Assembly: GCA_963736115.1 (NCBI GenBank)
Contig: CAVTNR010000012.1
Span: 288,001 to 352,000 of the forward strand
Length of the DNA: 64,000 nucleotides
Reading direction: 5' to 3'
DNA from: an uncultured bacterium
GTDB taxonomy: Bacteria > Zhuqueibacterota > QNDG01 > DTFT01
The translations under genes and the position numbers were made by a program. Shown in pieces: positions 45,230 through 55,532 of the stretch (the first letter of the stretch is position 1; the number at the start of each line of letters is the position of its first letter). The notes under the pieces are model-generated. The model ran no database searches and was not told where the DNA came from. It was given only the letters and a program-made list of their open reading frames with translations.

Positions 45230-45262
45230 CAAGAAGCCCCGCCGACTGGGCGGGGCCTCTTG
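45230..45262 (-). terminator. intrinsic terminator
   Basis: CAAGAAGCCCCGCC-GACTG-GGCGGGGCCTCTTG. Confidence 0.75.
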
Positions 45263-45304
45263 AACATCGGTTCCCTTTCCGCGGTCAGCCGGCCGCGGCA
45301 CCCA

Positions 45305-47230
45305 TCAATGGACCGTGGTGACGCGGACGTCCTGCGGCGGCGCAGGCGGCGTGGTGTCGTATCCCGAAACCGGGCCTTTGTACACGAACCGGATCGCGTC
45401 CGAAAGGACGATTCCCGAAGTGTTGTTCGTGATCGTGACCTTTCCGGTTCTGCCCTTGGCGAACGGGAAAACGCCCAGCCTGTTCCACTGCCCGAAATTC
45501 CGGGTCTGGTTGATCGTAAAGGATGTGTCCTTTCCGGAGCAGACGAGCCGCGTCGGGACATTGGCCGAAAGCGGAAAGCTCGTCTCCGAGGAGCCGCGGT
45601 AGCCGTGCCATTCGGAGACCTCGTACATGCCGGGTGTTCCGATCGTGGGCGTGTACACGGCCGCGTTCTCCCCGCTCCCCGGCGGGCTCCAGGCGAATCC
45701 GTCCGGCTGGAAAGACGCGTAATTGCGGTCCGTATAAAATGCGTAAAACTTGCCGCCCTCCGAGCTCAGGACCCACCCCCCCGTGTACTGAACCGGATCC
45801 GACCCGGGCGAAGTCTGGTTGTTGACGTGATTGTCGACGATGATGGGCGTAATAAGCGTCCGCTTCGTCCGGAAGAGAAGCGCGCCGTCGCCGAACACCT
45901 CGGGGTCGCTCCAGACAGCCGCTTTGATATCTCCATCCATAAAAACCGGATTGGCGTCCGTCACCTGCTGTCCGTTGTTCCGGTCCGGGTCCTGACCCCC
46001 GAGAAAACGGTAGACCGCGCCGCCCCCGGCCGGATCCACAGCCGCCAGTTCCGCCGCCGTCACCGTCTGGTCGAGGCCCGAGGCGTTGCAGATACTGATG
46101 CCGTTGTCGAAGAACCGGACCCAGACGCCGCTGGCCCAGGGCGTGGACGCGAGCGGTTTACCCGAGAGTTTGACGGGCGCGGCCAGGGGGTATCCGAGCA
46201 ATCCCTTGGCCTCGAATTCGTCGTAGATGTGCACGTTGCCGTGGTGCCCCAGATTGTTTCCCTCGTCCACATAGAAGAAGGACTGAGACAGCAGGCAGGT
46301 CGCCAGTCCGTACCGTACGGACCGGTAATTGTTCTTGTAGGGTTCGACCGGAAAATTCTCCCAGAAAAACCGGTGCGCGGAGTCGAAGATGTTGAGGGTT
46401 GGCTTCTTCTTGGTCGTGGCGGCGTCGGCATAGGCGTTGATCCAGTACCCGAAGGGGCCGTTGTAGAAGGGGAAATCCTCGAAAACGCCTCCGTTCACAT
46501 TGGGCCAGGGCACGCCGCCGATCTGCACCACGATGTATTTCAGGCCGGGGATCTGGTATTCCCGCTCGTGATAGGCGTGAACGGCGCGCCACCAGACCGC
46601 ATTGACGGAATCCACGCCGCCCCATTCATCCTTGTCCGCGGTGCCGTTGTTGTTGAAATCCCCGGTCCGTGCCTGGGACCAGCCGGGATTGTTCCACCAC
46701 CAGTCGTGCCAGACGCCGTCGAATGCCGTGAAGTCCACATGCTCCTTCACCCAGCGGAGCGCGAAATCAGTGTACCGCACCGCACCCTGCCCGTCTCCCC
46801 GGTCGACGGTCGGGCAGTACGGCGAAATGTTCATCTGGTAGACGTCGTTCCACAGCTGGAAGCGCTGTCCCGAAACATCGTGGTAGAACCAGGCCTCGGG
46901 CAGGTTCTGGACCCCGTTCAGCAGGAGCCGTTCGTTGATGAACATGGCGGTCGTGGCCAGCATGATCACGTTCGGATTCTGCGCCTTGTATTTCCGGGCC
47001 TGATCGGCGTTCGGCGTGATCGCGATGACGTCGAAGGGCTTCAGAATGTCGAGACTCGCGTGGGTCTGTCCGCTGAACGTGGTGATGCCGAACCGCGGGT
47101 AGGGCGGGTTGAAATCCTGGGTCCGGGCGCCGGGAGCCGCGGTCAGGATCAGGGCCGCGAAACCGGACGCGAATGCCCGGTGGAGCCGGACGGCCCGGCT
47201 GTTCCGTTCAGAGAATGACATCCGATTCAT
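45305..47230 (-). CDS. secreted putative glycoside hydrolase (TIM-barrel-like) with golvesin-like C-terminal domain
   Basis: Signal peptide; FDGVWHD, VNGGVFEDF, IYDEF, VWVRFFDNG; IIVDN...GMYEV..W..INQ..NFGQWNRLGVF...SDAIRF. Confidence 0.65.
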   Translation of the reverse strand: MNRMSFSERNSRAVRLHRAFASGFAALILTAAPGARTQDFNPPYPRFGITTFSGQTHASLDILKPFDVIAITPNADQARKYKAQNPNVIMLATTAMFINERLLLNGVQNLPEAWFYHDVSGQRFQLWNDVYQMNISPYCPTVDRGDGQGAVRYTDFALRWVKEHVDFTAFDGVWHDWWWNNPGWSQARTGDFNNNGTADKDEWGGVDSVNAVWWRAVHAYHEREYQIPGLKYIVVQIGGVPWPNVNGGVFEDFPFYNGPFGYWINAYADAATTKKKPTLNIFDSAHRFFWENFPVEPYKNNYRSVRYGLATCLLSQSFFYVDEGNNLGHHGNVHIYDEFEAKGLLGYPLAAPVKLSGKPLASTPWASGVWVRFFDNGISICNASGLDQTVTAAELAAVDPAGGGAVYRFLGGQDPDRNNGQQVTDANPVFMDGDIKAAVWSDPEVFGDGALLFRTKRTLITPIIVDNHVNNQTSPGSDPVQYTGGWVLSSEGGKFYAFYTDRNYASFQPDGFAWSPPGSGENAAVYTPTIGTPGMYEVSEWHGYRGSSETSFPLSANVPTRLVCSGKDTSFTINQTRNFGQWNRLGVFPFAKGRTGKVTITNNTSGIVLSDAIRFVYKGPVSGYDTTPPAPPQDVRVTTVH

Positions 47231-48375
47231 GTTGCACCTCGCGAGAGAAGAAGTTCCTGATACAATGCATGAAAAGCGTCCACTTGCCGGTCGACCCCGT
47301 GTCCGCCGACCGCCCGCCGCCGGGCTTCCCGCCCCATGCGTTTCCGGAGCCGGGCGTTGCCGGCCAGCTTCAGCAGGGCTTCCGAGAGCCGCGCCGGATC
47401 GCGGGGCGGCACGAGCAGTCCGGTGACGCCGTCTTCCACAACCTCGGGCGTCCCGTCCACGGCCGTGGCCACAACCGGCCTGCCGCACGCCATGGCCTCG
47501 AGCACCGCGTTCGGAAGCCCTTCGTACAGGGAGGGCAGGACAAAAACATCGAACGCGGCCAGCAGAGCCGGCACATCGTCGCGGAAACCGAGGAACCGGA
47601 CCCGGTCCCCGATTCCGAGACTGCGGGCCTGCGCCTCCAGCGATTCGCGCAGTGGCCCGTCGCCCGCGAAAACGAATTGCAGGTCCGGCCTGCGCCGGAG
47701 CGCGGCCGACGCGGCTTCAAGCAGGAACCGGTGACCCTTTTGTTCGGTGAGCCGGGCGATGACGCCGAATACCGTGCCCTTGTCCGTCAGGCCGAGTCCG
47801 CGGCCGCGCCGGCCGGCGCCGGCCGGCATGGGTCTGAATCGGTCCGTGTCCACGCCGTAGAGAATGGCCCGCGTCTTTGAAACCGGTACGCGGCGCTCCT
47901 CCGAAACCTGGCGCCGGATGGCCTCCGAAACCGCGACCGAAAGCGAAAACCACTTCGACGCGAGCCGGTACGCGGCGAGATGAAGAGGGCCGTACGGCTG
48001 GGTGACGGCTTCCCACGACACGACGGCCTTCACGCCCGTCAGCCGCGAGGCTGCGGCCCCGATCACATCCGCGTAGAACAGCGTCGTCTGCACCAGATCA
48101 ATTCGCTCCTCGCGGATCAGCCCGGCGACCCGCCGGATCAGGCCCGCGTCCCAGGCGCGCCGCTTGGGATACACCGTCACGCGGTCCGCGGCTTCCCGGA
48201 ACCGTTCTTCCAGAACCCCGCCCTGGCCCACGGAACAGACCACGCAGCGGTAGGCGCCCGGAAAGCGGATCCGGAGCCGTTCCACCAGCTCCAGCAGTTT
48301 CAGCTCGCCCCCGCCGGGGGCGAATCCGTTGACAATGAAAAGAACGCGGGCCGGTTTTCCGGCATCGGCTGTCAT
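47227..48375 (-). CDS. glycosyltransferase family 4
   Basis: GGGE, QKGH, FLGFRDDV, PSLYEGLPNAVLEAMACG. Confidence 0.93.
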   Translation of the reverse strand: MTADAGKPARVLFIVNGFAPGGGELKLLELVERLRIRFPGAYRCVVCSVGQGGVLEERFREAADRVTVYPKRRAWDAGLIRRVAGLIREERIDLVQTTLFYADVIGAAASRLTGVKAVVSWEAVTQPYGPLHLAAYRLASKWFSLSVAVSEAIRRQVSEERRVPVSKTRAILYGVDTDRFRPMPAGAGRRGRGLGLTDKGTVFGVIARLTEQKGHRFLLEAASAALRRRPDLQFVFAGDGPLRESLEAQARSLGIGDRVRFLGFRDDVPALLAAFDVFVLPSLYEGLPNAVLEAMACGRPVVATAVDGTPEVVEDGVTGLLVPPRDPARLSEALLKLAGNARLRKRMGREARRRAVGGHGVDRQVDAFHALYQELLLSRGAT

Positions 48376-48399
48376 CCGAATCCGATCTCCGGCTTCCGG

Positions 48400-50244
48400 T
48401 CAGCGCACATTCACGCCGGTCGGCGCGGCGGGTGGAATGGCGTCGTCTCCCGCGGCCGTATCCGTCCAGGTCCAGGCGCTGAAGTCGTATGTGCGCTGGC
48501 GGCCGTGGCGCTTGACGATCATTTTATTCCCCTCCCAGCGCACGATCGACTGATTGCGGTAATCGACGGTCTGGATGCGCTGAAACGGATAGGGCCAGAC
48601 ATAGGAATAATCGGCGTCGCCCGGCCGAGTGACTACGGCGTCCCAGTCCTGCTTGCCTGGCAGAACCTTGCAGCTGATCTTGTTGCCCCGGCTCGTGGTA
48701 TAGCTCCAGACCGCCAGTGAGGCGCTCCCGCGCACGGCCCGCTTGAAGTCGTCCCAGGTGGCGTAATCGGCGCCTTCAATGCCGACCTCCATGCCCGACA
48801 CCTTGTTGACGGTGTCCCGGATCACGGCCACCATGGTCCGCCCTTCCTTGAAGAACTGCCAGGACCCCTCCTTCTGATTGAGGTCCCAGGCGTTCGGGGA
48901 AACGGCCTGGTGCCATTTGTATCCCCAGCTGAACAGGGCGTTCCGGTACTGGAAACCGTATTCGCCCTGGGTGATGTATGTCTCGCCCTGGGCGGGTGTG
49001 GAGGTGCCGCCTCCGGTGTCATAGGTGTTGATCCAGGAGATGAAAGGCGTTCCCGCGTGATTGAACGATCCGGGCGTATCCGTGGACTTGACGCAGAGCT
49101 GCCATCCCGCGCCGACGCGGCCGCCCAGATTGTAGAACTTGGTGACATAGTTCCATTTGCCCGTGTTCGTGCAATAGACGATGCTGTTGTTCAATTCCAT
49201 GTTGATGTGGTGGTAATTGTCGGGCTCGTCGTTCAGGTCGATGGCGTCCCAGATCACGTCCGGGAGGCGGTAATCGGAAGCCAGCACGGAGTAGCTGGGC
49301 TCGTATCCCGTGGCCACGGCCCCTTCGAAGAAGAAGTCCCAGTAAAAACGCGTCCGCCCGCCGTAAATCGTGACGTTGTAGACGCGGCCCAGCGCGCCGC
49401 CCCAGTGATTGCCGCTGTAATCCATTCCGGATTCCAGGAACATGAAATCGAGCATCATCCGGGCCTTCTTTTTCATGGTTTCGTCCAGCGCCAGATCGTA
49501 CAGGGCCCAGTAGGCGTAGACCAGGCACCAGGTGTAATGGGGGCTGTCGAACTCGGCGTTTCCGCTGGAGACCCACCGATCCATGAAGTAATAGATGTAA
49601 TCGCTGGCCAGCTGATAGGCGGGATAGGTGTTGCCGGGCGTGTACGTGCGGCCTCCCCAGCTGAAGGCGTAAATATTGGTCGTCGGCGGAGGATTGTACG
49701 ACCAGGTGACATTGGCCGACTTGTAATACTGCGCCCAGAGATACCGGCCCACCATGTCGAACATCCGGCTGTTCTCGGAGCCGGGACTGAAATCGCGGGA
49801 GGTGATGGCGTTGCTGTAGACGGTCTGGATGAAGAGACGGTCCGCGCTGGTGAGAACGCTGTTGTACTCCAGGTACATGTAGATCAGCGCGAGATTGGCG
49901 TACCATTCGCCGAAATACCACGCGTATCCGTACGTGGGGTAGCCGCTGGCCGACCAGGTGGTGCCCCAGCAGCGGATGATCTTGCTGATGACCTCGCTGA
50001 CGGGCCGGTATACGCCGCCGACGTCCTTCACCTGCTGGGTGGGACTCATGGTGCCGTTCCGGATTTTTTCGAGCCACCCCCACACGCGCTCATGGTACAT
50101 GAGCAGGGTTTCGCCGTCGGTGGAGAGGTAGTGGCTCTTCTTGGCCTGAAACACCTGTTCCTGGGTCATCGCGGCCCAACCGGTTCCCGCGGCGGCCAGC
50201 AGACTCAGCGCCAGTATCCCCCTGATGGTGCGACGCATCCTCAT
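48400..50244 (-). CDS. secreted hypothetical protein (possible lyase-like alpha/alpha + beta-sandwich)
   Basis: Signal peptide; Trp/Tyr-rich; GSENS..M and GNAEFDSPHY segments; C-terminal DDAIPPAAPTGVNVR. Confidence 0.7.
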   Translation of the reverse strand: MRMRRTIRGILALSLLAAAGTGWAAMTQEQVFQAKKSHYLSTDGETLLMYHERVWGWLEKIRNGTMSPTQQVKDVGGVYRPVSEVISKIIRCWGTTWSASGYPTYGYAWYFGEWYANLALIYMYLEYNSVLTSADRLFIQTVYSNAITSRDFSPGSENSRMFDMVGRYLWAQYYKSANVTWSYNPPPTTNIYAFSWGGRTYTPGNTYPAYQLASDYIYYFMDRWVSSGNAEFDSPHYTWCLVYAYWALYDLALDETMKKKARMMLDFMFLESGMDYSGNHWGGALGRVYNVTIYGGRTRFYWDFFFEGAVATGYEPSYSVLASDYRLPDVIWDAIDLNDEPDNYHHINMELNNSIVYCTNTGKWNYVTKFYNLGGRVGAGWQLCVKSTDTPGSFNHAGTPFISWINTYDTGGGTSTPAQGETYITQGEYGFQYRNALFSWGYKWHQAVSPNAWDLNQKEGSWQFFKEGRTMVAVIRDTVNKVSGMEVGIEGADYATWDDFKRAVRGSASLAVWSYTTSRGNKISCKVLPGKQDWDAVVTRPGDADYSYVWPYPFQRIQTVDYRNQSIVRWEGNKMIVKRHGRQRTYDFSAWTWTDTAAGDDAIPPAAPTGVNVR

Positions 50245-50459
50245 GAGAATTTCCTCCGGATCGTTGCGGCTCCGCCGGCGGCGGAGCGGAATGAACAAAC
50301 TGAACCTCTAAATGGTGAACCGATGACGCCCGAACCGGGTTCCGCGGGAACCGGCCGATGCGGCCTGAAACCCGCGGAAAACGTTTCGTCCGGCCGCGGA
50401 CGGCCGAGGCGCGTCTCCGGGTTGGATGACCTTTCGGATGCCGGTCCGCCTGCCTCCGC

Positions 50460-51713
50460 TCACGGCCGGCTTTTCCCCCGGTCGATCAGCTCCCGGTAGA
50501 TGCCGGACAGCTCCCGGTAATGATGCTCCGGCGAAAAGAGTCTTTCGGCTTTGCGCCGGCCGGCCCGCCCCATGGCGGAGAGCCCGCTCCCGCGTCGGAC
50601 AAATTCGGAGAGGCGCCGGCCGAGGGCTTCGGCGTCACCGGCCGGGTACAGAGCGCCGTCCACGCCGTCCGAGATGAGCTCCGGTATGCCGCCCATGGCC
50701 GCACCGATGACCGGCTTCGCCATGGCGAACGACTCATAAATGACCAGCGGCGAGTTCTCGTGCCATTCGGACGGCACCACGACGAAACCCGCGCCGTCGA
50801 TCGTCTTTCTCAGTTTCTCCCCGTCAAGACGGCCCGCGAAACGCACCTGCTTGAGGCCCCGTTCGGATGCGAACGCTTCGAGCTCAGCGCGTTGCGGCCC
50901 TTCGCCTGCGATGACGAGCGGCCATTCGAATCCGGTTTCCACGGCCCGGAGAAGGGTTTTCAGGCCCTTCTCCGCGGACAGCCGCCCCATGTACAGGCCA
51001 TAGCGTCCCGGCCGGAACGAAGGGCGGTACGCGGAGAGATCGATCGTATAGGGCAGGTGCCGGATCCGGTCCCGCCGGATGCCGCCCTGCTCGAGCTTGC
51101 GGCCCATGAACCGGCTCGGCACGAGAAAGCGGTCGATGCCGCGTTCGTAGAACCGGCCCGCCTTGTGGAACGACGTTTCAGCCGCAAGCAGAAGCGTCGC
51201 CCAGAACGAATCCTTGTGACACCGCTCCGCGAGCGCGCGGCAGTAGAATCCGCCGAGACATTTCTCGCAGACCCGGTTCTGGCCCATGTGGTAGAGGCGG
51301 TAGGTCGGGCACACCAGTTTGTACGTGTGAACCGTCTGCACCACGGGGATGCCCGCCCTCCGCAGGACCGGGAGTATCGAGGGCGAAATCTGATGATCGA
51401 TCATGTGCAGATGCGCGATGTCGGGCCGTGTGTCCCGGACCAGGCGCGCCAGCCGGTCCGCGGCCTGGGTCGACCAGAAGATGCGGCCGAGGGACCGCAG
51501 GCCGACCCGCGCCTTCTGCGCCGGTCCCCGCGCGTCGAATTCGATGCGGTCCACGAAATACCGGGCATACGGCGTCTGGAAATTGTCCGGATGCTTCATG
51601 GAAAAAGGAATGACCGTATGGCCGTTCGCCTCCAGCACGGCCTTCAGGTCGAAGAAATACCGTTCCGCTCCCCCCCGAACGAAATAATATTTGTCGGACA
51701 GGAGCACTTTCAT
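50460..51713 (-). CDS. glycosyltransferase family 4
   Basis: RGGAERY, GRLSAEKG, PSEWHENSPLVIYES, GGIPE. Confidence 0.93.
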   Translation of the reverse strand: MKVLLSDKYYFVRGGAERYFFDLKAVLEANGHTVIPFSMKHPDNFQTPYARYFVDRIEFDARGPAQKARVGLRSLGRIFWSTQAADRLARLVRDTRPDIAHLHMIDHQISPSILPVLRRAGIPVVQTVHTYKLVCPTYRLYHMGQNRVCEKCLGGFYCRALAERCHKDSFWATLLLAAETSFHKAGRFYERGIDRFLVPSRFMGRKLEQGGIRRDRIRHLPYTIDLSAYRPSFRPGRYGLYMGRLSAEKGLKTLLRAVETGFEWPLVIAGEGPQRAELEAFASERGLKQVRFAGRLDGEKLRKTIDGAGFVVVPSEWHENSPLVIYESFAMAKPVIGAAMGGIPELISDGVDGALYPAGDAEALGRRLSEFVRRGSGLSAMGRAGRRKAERLFSPEHHYRELSGIYRELIDRGKSRP

Positions 51714-52408
51714 GGGGACTGCTTGAACGCCTCCACATAGAGCGATTCCTCGGGCCGGTTGTCCAGCATTCCGGCGTCGGGGGTGACTCCCTGGCGGTAC
51801 GGCCGGCGCTGGACTTCCGCGAATCCGCCTTTTTTCAGCGCGTCCGTCAGGAGTTCCTCGTCGTACAGGTAACGGTGATAGGTGTAGCCGTCCTGTTTCG
51901 ACTCATTGAAGAAATATCCGAGAGAAAGGCGTTTCTCGCCCTTCCGGTAAAGGTCCATGGCATGCGACAGGTCCGGCACGGCCACGCGGAAAACGCCGCC
52001 CGGCTTGAGCACCCGCACCGCCTCCCGGATCAGCCGTTCCGCCTCGTCCCGGTGCAGATGCTCGAGGAGGTGGGAGGCATACAGAAAATCCACGCTTCCG
52101 TCCCGGAACGGTATTCCATAGGTCAGATCATGATGGATATACCGGTTGTCTTTCAGGATGCGCGTATACGCATCCCGGGTGAACTCCTGATTCGAGGTCT
52201 GGATGACGCGATACAGCCAGTGGATCACAAAATCAGGCCATGTGGAAAAAAATGCCCGCAGGTGCCCGTCCACATTATACCAGCCCGGAGCGACATGCAG
52301 ACCCGCCCCGAGGTTGACTTTTACAACCCCTTGATCGGGTTGAATTTGACGACCCCGTTTCAGCCAGGTAATCGCCTGCGTCAATTTATCGTGTATCATT
52401 TTGAGCAT
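51710..52408 (-). CDS. SAM-dependent methyltransferase (type 11-like)
   Basis: VNLGAG, HDLTYGIPF, SHLLEH, LKPGGVFRVAVPD. Confidence 0.85.
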   Translation of the reverse strand: MLKMIHDKLTQAITWLKRGRQIQPDQGVVKVNLGAGLHVAPGWYNVDGHLRAFFSTWPDFVIHWLYRVIQTSNQEFTRDAYTRILKDNRYIHHDLTYGIPFRDGSVDFLYASHLLEHLHRDEAERLIREAVRVLKPGGVFRVAVPDLSHAMDLYRKGEKRLSLGYFFNESKQDGYTYHRYLYDEELLTDALKKGGFAEVQRRPYRQGVTPDAGMLDNRPEESLYVEAFKQSP

Positions 52409-52469
52409 ATGATAACCCCTTAATTATGATGCAATTTTCCTGCCAGATTTTCGAAAAAAGGAGGGGATT

Positions 52470-53855
52470 TCAGGAAAGCGAATCGTCCTTGACCGGGGAG
52501 GTCCCGGCTGGGCCGGCTTTGCCGCGGAGCATCCGGGCCTGCTCGGCCCGGTTGAGTATGTTCTTCGCGGCCAGCAGCATGCCGCTGTACAAACAGATCT
52601 GGTACATCAGCGAATACTCATGGATGTCCGGACCGGCCATGAGAAAAATCATCATGGAAAGAATGCCCCCCAGAATGCCCATGGTCATATGAATGATGAA
52701 GGGGTGGCCGAGCCTGTGGTTCAGCAATTTCCAGAGGACGAACAGGATGCTCAGGAACCAACCAACAAAGATAATGCCGCCCGGGATCCCGAGCTCGGCG
52801 GCGATGAGCAGATAGGAATTGTGCACCATCCAGGCCCAGACATAGGCGAGATAATGCGTTTTTTCCTCCGGGGTCAGATAGTCCCAGGCGTTCTCCTGGT
52901 AATTGCCGAGGCCCACGCCGTTCACCGGGTGATCGCCGATCATCCGGTAGGCGACCTGGTATTGCGAGATCCGGGATTCATAGGAGTCATGCCGGCCTTC
53001 TCCGAACTGGTCCAGTATCTGGGTGTGATACCGGAACAGAAAAGCCGCCAGGAACAGAAACAGAACGGCGGAGGTCCACTTCACCTGCGACCGCAGGCGG
53101 TGGCGGATGGAACTCAGGAGCGCGACGAGCACGAATCCCGAAACCGCGCCGATCCAGGGACCGCGGGCATAGGTGGTGTACAGGGCGATCACGCCGAATA
53201 CGGACACCGCTCCGTAATACGCGGTCCAAGCGATTTTGGAGGGTTTGTAGTACAGAAACATTCGGAGCCCGAGGCTCAGCGCCATGGCCAGGTAATTGGC
53301 GTAAAAGGCGGGAACATAAAACGTGCCGAACGTCCGCCAGTCCACGCGCCACGAAGGCCGCTCCCCGAGGAACCAGACCCCCAGCGCGCCGAACTTCCAC
53401 TGGTAGACGCCGAGCAATGCCTCGATCAGCAGGCCGGCCAGCATGCCGTTCACGACGAGCCGCAGGTCCCGCAGATCACGAATGTTGTGGACCAGCACGA
53501 TGATGAGCAGATATCCCCGCATGTATTTTGAAATCTCGGCAACGGCCCAGCCGGGCTGTTTGCTCCAGGCGGCCGACAGCAGGCCCAGGGCGATGATGGC
53601 CAGCAGAAAGTGCCCGATCGGCGGATGCGAGAGCTTGACCCGCCTGCCGGAGAGCAGGCTGGCCACCAGCAGGGCGAGTAGGGGAAGGTCCGCCAGCATC
53701 AGCCCCGTGTAATGGTAGAATACCCACCCCGAAGTGAAAACGTACACGAACGATGCCAGCCCCAGAAAGTAGCGCCGCACGTCCTTCAGAAACAGGGGCA
53801 CCACGGCAAACAGCCCGAGCGAGAAAATCAGATAAATTATTTTCGAGGAATCCAT
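52470..53855 (-). CDS. O-antigen ligase/Wzy polymerase family protein
   Basis: TYARGPW, SRISQYQVA..MIGDHPVNGVGLGNY, VHNSYLLIAAELG. Confidence 0.9.
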   Translation of the reverse strand: MDSSKIIYLIFSLGLFAVVPLFLKDVRRYFLGLASFVYVFTSGWVFYHYTGLMLADLPLLALLVASLLSGRRVKLSHPPIGHFLLAIIALGLLSAAWSKQPGWAVAEISKYMRGYLLIIVLVHNIRDLRDLRLVVNGMLAGLLIEALLGVYQWKFGALGVWFLGERPSWRVDWRTFGTFYVPAFYANYLAMALSLGLRMFLYYKPSKIAWTAYYGAVSVFGVIALYTTYARGPWIGAVSGFVLVALLSSIRHRLRSQVKWTSAVLFLFLAAFLFRYHTQILDQFGEGRHDSYESRISQYQVAYRMIGDHPVNGVGLGNYQENAWDYLTPEEKTHYLAYVWAWMVHNSYLLIAAELGIPGGIIFVGWFLSILFVLWKLLNHRLGHPFIIHMTMGILGGILSMMIFLMAGPDIHEYSLMYQICLYSGMLLAAKNILNRAEQARMLRGKAGPAGTSPVKDDSLS

Positions 53856-53857
53856 GC

Positions 53858-55130
53858 CTACCTGCTTGAACGGGTTCGCCCGCGAAGCCCGCGGAGCGGG
53901 GGGATACGCACCGCCGCGGCCGACGCGAACAGGATGAGAAACGGAATCAGGGGAATGCGGTACCGCGGCACGAAATGAACGGCCGAATAGAGAAGCACCG
54001 CGTATGCGAAAAAGCCGGTCAGGGGAAGCCAGAGCCGCCACTGACGCCGCGTGATCCAGAGGCCCGCGGCTCCCAGGACGAGAAGGGGATAATAGAAGAA
54101 GCCGAGCGCCGCAAGAACGAGCGGATTCACGGGCCGGCTTCTGCCGGTCGGGACATTTTCATAAATTTGAAAAATCGTCCGGAAGGCCTTGCTGAGGCAT
54201 ACCTTTATCCAGCCGAGCGGCCGGCCGCGGATGTTCCGGATCGCGTCCGCGATGAGCATGCGATCCTTTTCGGTTTCCGATTTCGCGCCCGCGGTGAGCG
54301 CCGTAATGGCTTCAGTCGATTCGCCGTGTCGGTACCGGCCGCCGCGCGGAACGTCGCTTCCGATCCAGATCTCCGCGCCCGCGCCCGTGGTCACCGGAAT
54401 GAATTCATGGAAGACCAGAGCGTTCCGGACCGTCCAGGGCAGGATCACCGCGGCCATGACCGCGGCCATCAGGATGAACCGCCTCCACCGGGCCCGGAGT
54501 CGGCGGTCGAGCAGGCAGAGCGCGAACAGAAAACCCGGGAAAAAGATAGAGGAGATTCCGGATCAGGACGCTGAGGCCCAGGAACAGGCCGGCCAGGGCC
54601 CAGTCGCGCCGCTTGTCGTCCCGGAAAGCGTCCAGCAGAAACCGGAAAGCGACCGCGGCCGCGAGCATGAAAAACGTTTCCGTGTACAGGTATCCGGTGA
54701 TCACGATCAGCTCCGGATAGAACGCGGTCCAGGCCGCGGCCAGCAGAGCGGCCCGATCCCCGAGGGTGCGCCGTCCGGTCGCGAAAACGGCCCACGGGAG
54801 CAGACCGCCGGCAATGGCCTGGATGATTTTAACGGCGAGCGCATGGAATCCGAACAGGCCGTAGACGCCGGCCAGAAAGGCGGGATAGAGAGGCGGCGCG
54901 AAGGCCGTGGGCCTCCGGACATACTCCCAGAACGCGTGCCGCTCCAGCATGAACTTCGCGACCCGGTTGTAGCGCACCGAATCCCCGAGGTCCTGCTCCG
55001 TGAAGCCGGAGAAGAACAGCACGAAGACCAGCCGGATCAGAACAGCCGCCGCGATGATCCACAGGAGCCGCCGGCCGGTCCGAGCCGCTTCCGCGGCCGG
55101 CCGCCCGGCGCTTTCGGACGCGTGCGTCAT
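53858..55130 (-). CDS. GT-C fold (ArnT/PMT-like) glycosyltransferase, frameshift ~54530
   Basis: DSVRY, PPLYPAFL, YTETFF, PWTVRN, VPRYRIP; two ORFs join at a T run. Confidence 0.85.
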
Positions 55131-55525
55131 GAACGGGCCTTTCGGCGGCCGGCCGGCCGTTTCCGGCCGGCGGACCGGCCGGCGGCCAGGCGGTCCACCT
55201 CCTCGCGCAGAAGGGCGATCTCCTGCGCGAGCGTCTTGTTCTGGCTGGTCAGGGTCGAAAGCACCACCGAATAATGGAGGGCGATGACCAGTCCGCAGAA
55301 GACCGCGGCCGCGAACAGGGCCGAGGGCGGGTAGAAAATCCCGATCCATGCGGCAAAGCCCTTCAACAGCTGTGTCCACACCGAAAGCACCACCATCACC
55401 ACGGCCGAGGCGATCCAGAGAATGGAGTACTTTTCCTGAAGCCGGTTCTTCCGGATGAGCTGGAAGATCACGGCCAGGAGAATGACCCCGAGGCCCAGGG
55501 CGGCGATTGTCATGCGGGTCTGCAT
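55127..55525 (-). CDS. DUF2304 membrane protein
   Basis: LIRKNRLQEKYSILW, GIFYPPSALF, LAQEIALL; next to GT2. Confidence 0.88.
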   Translation of the reverse strand: MQTRMTIAALGLGVILLAVIFQLIRKNRLQEKYSILWIASAVVMVVLSVWTQLLKGFAAWIGIFYPPSALFAAAVFCGLVIALHYSVVLSTLTSQNKTLAQEIALLREEVDRLAAGRSAGRKRPAGRRKARS

Positions 55526-55532
55526 AATCCCT

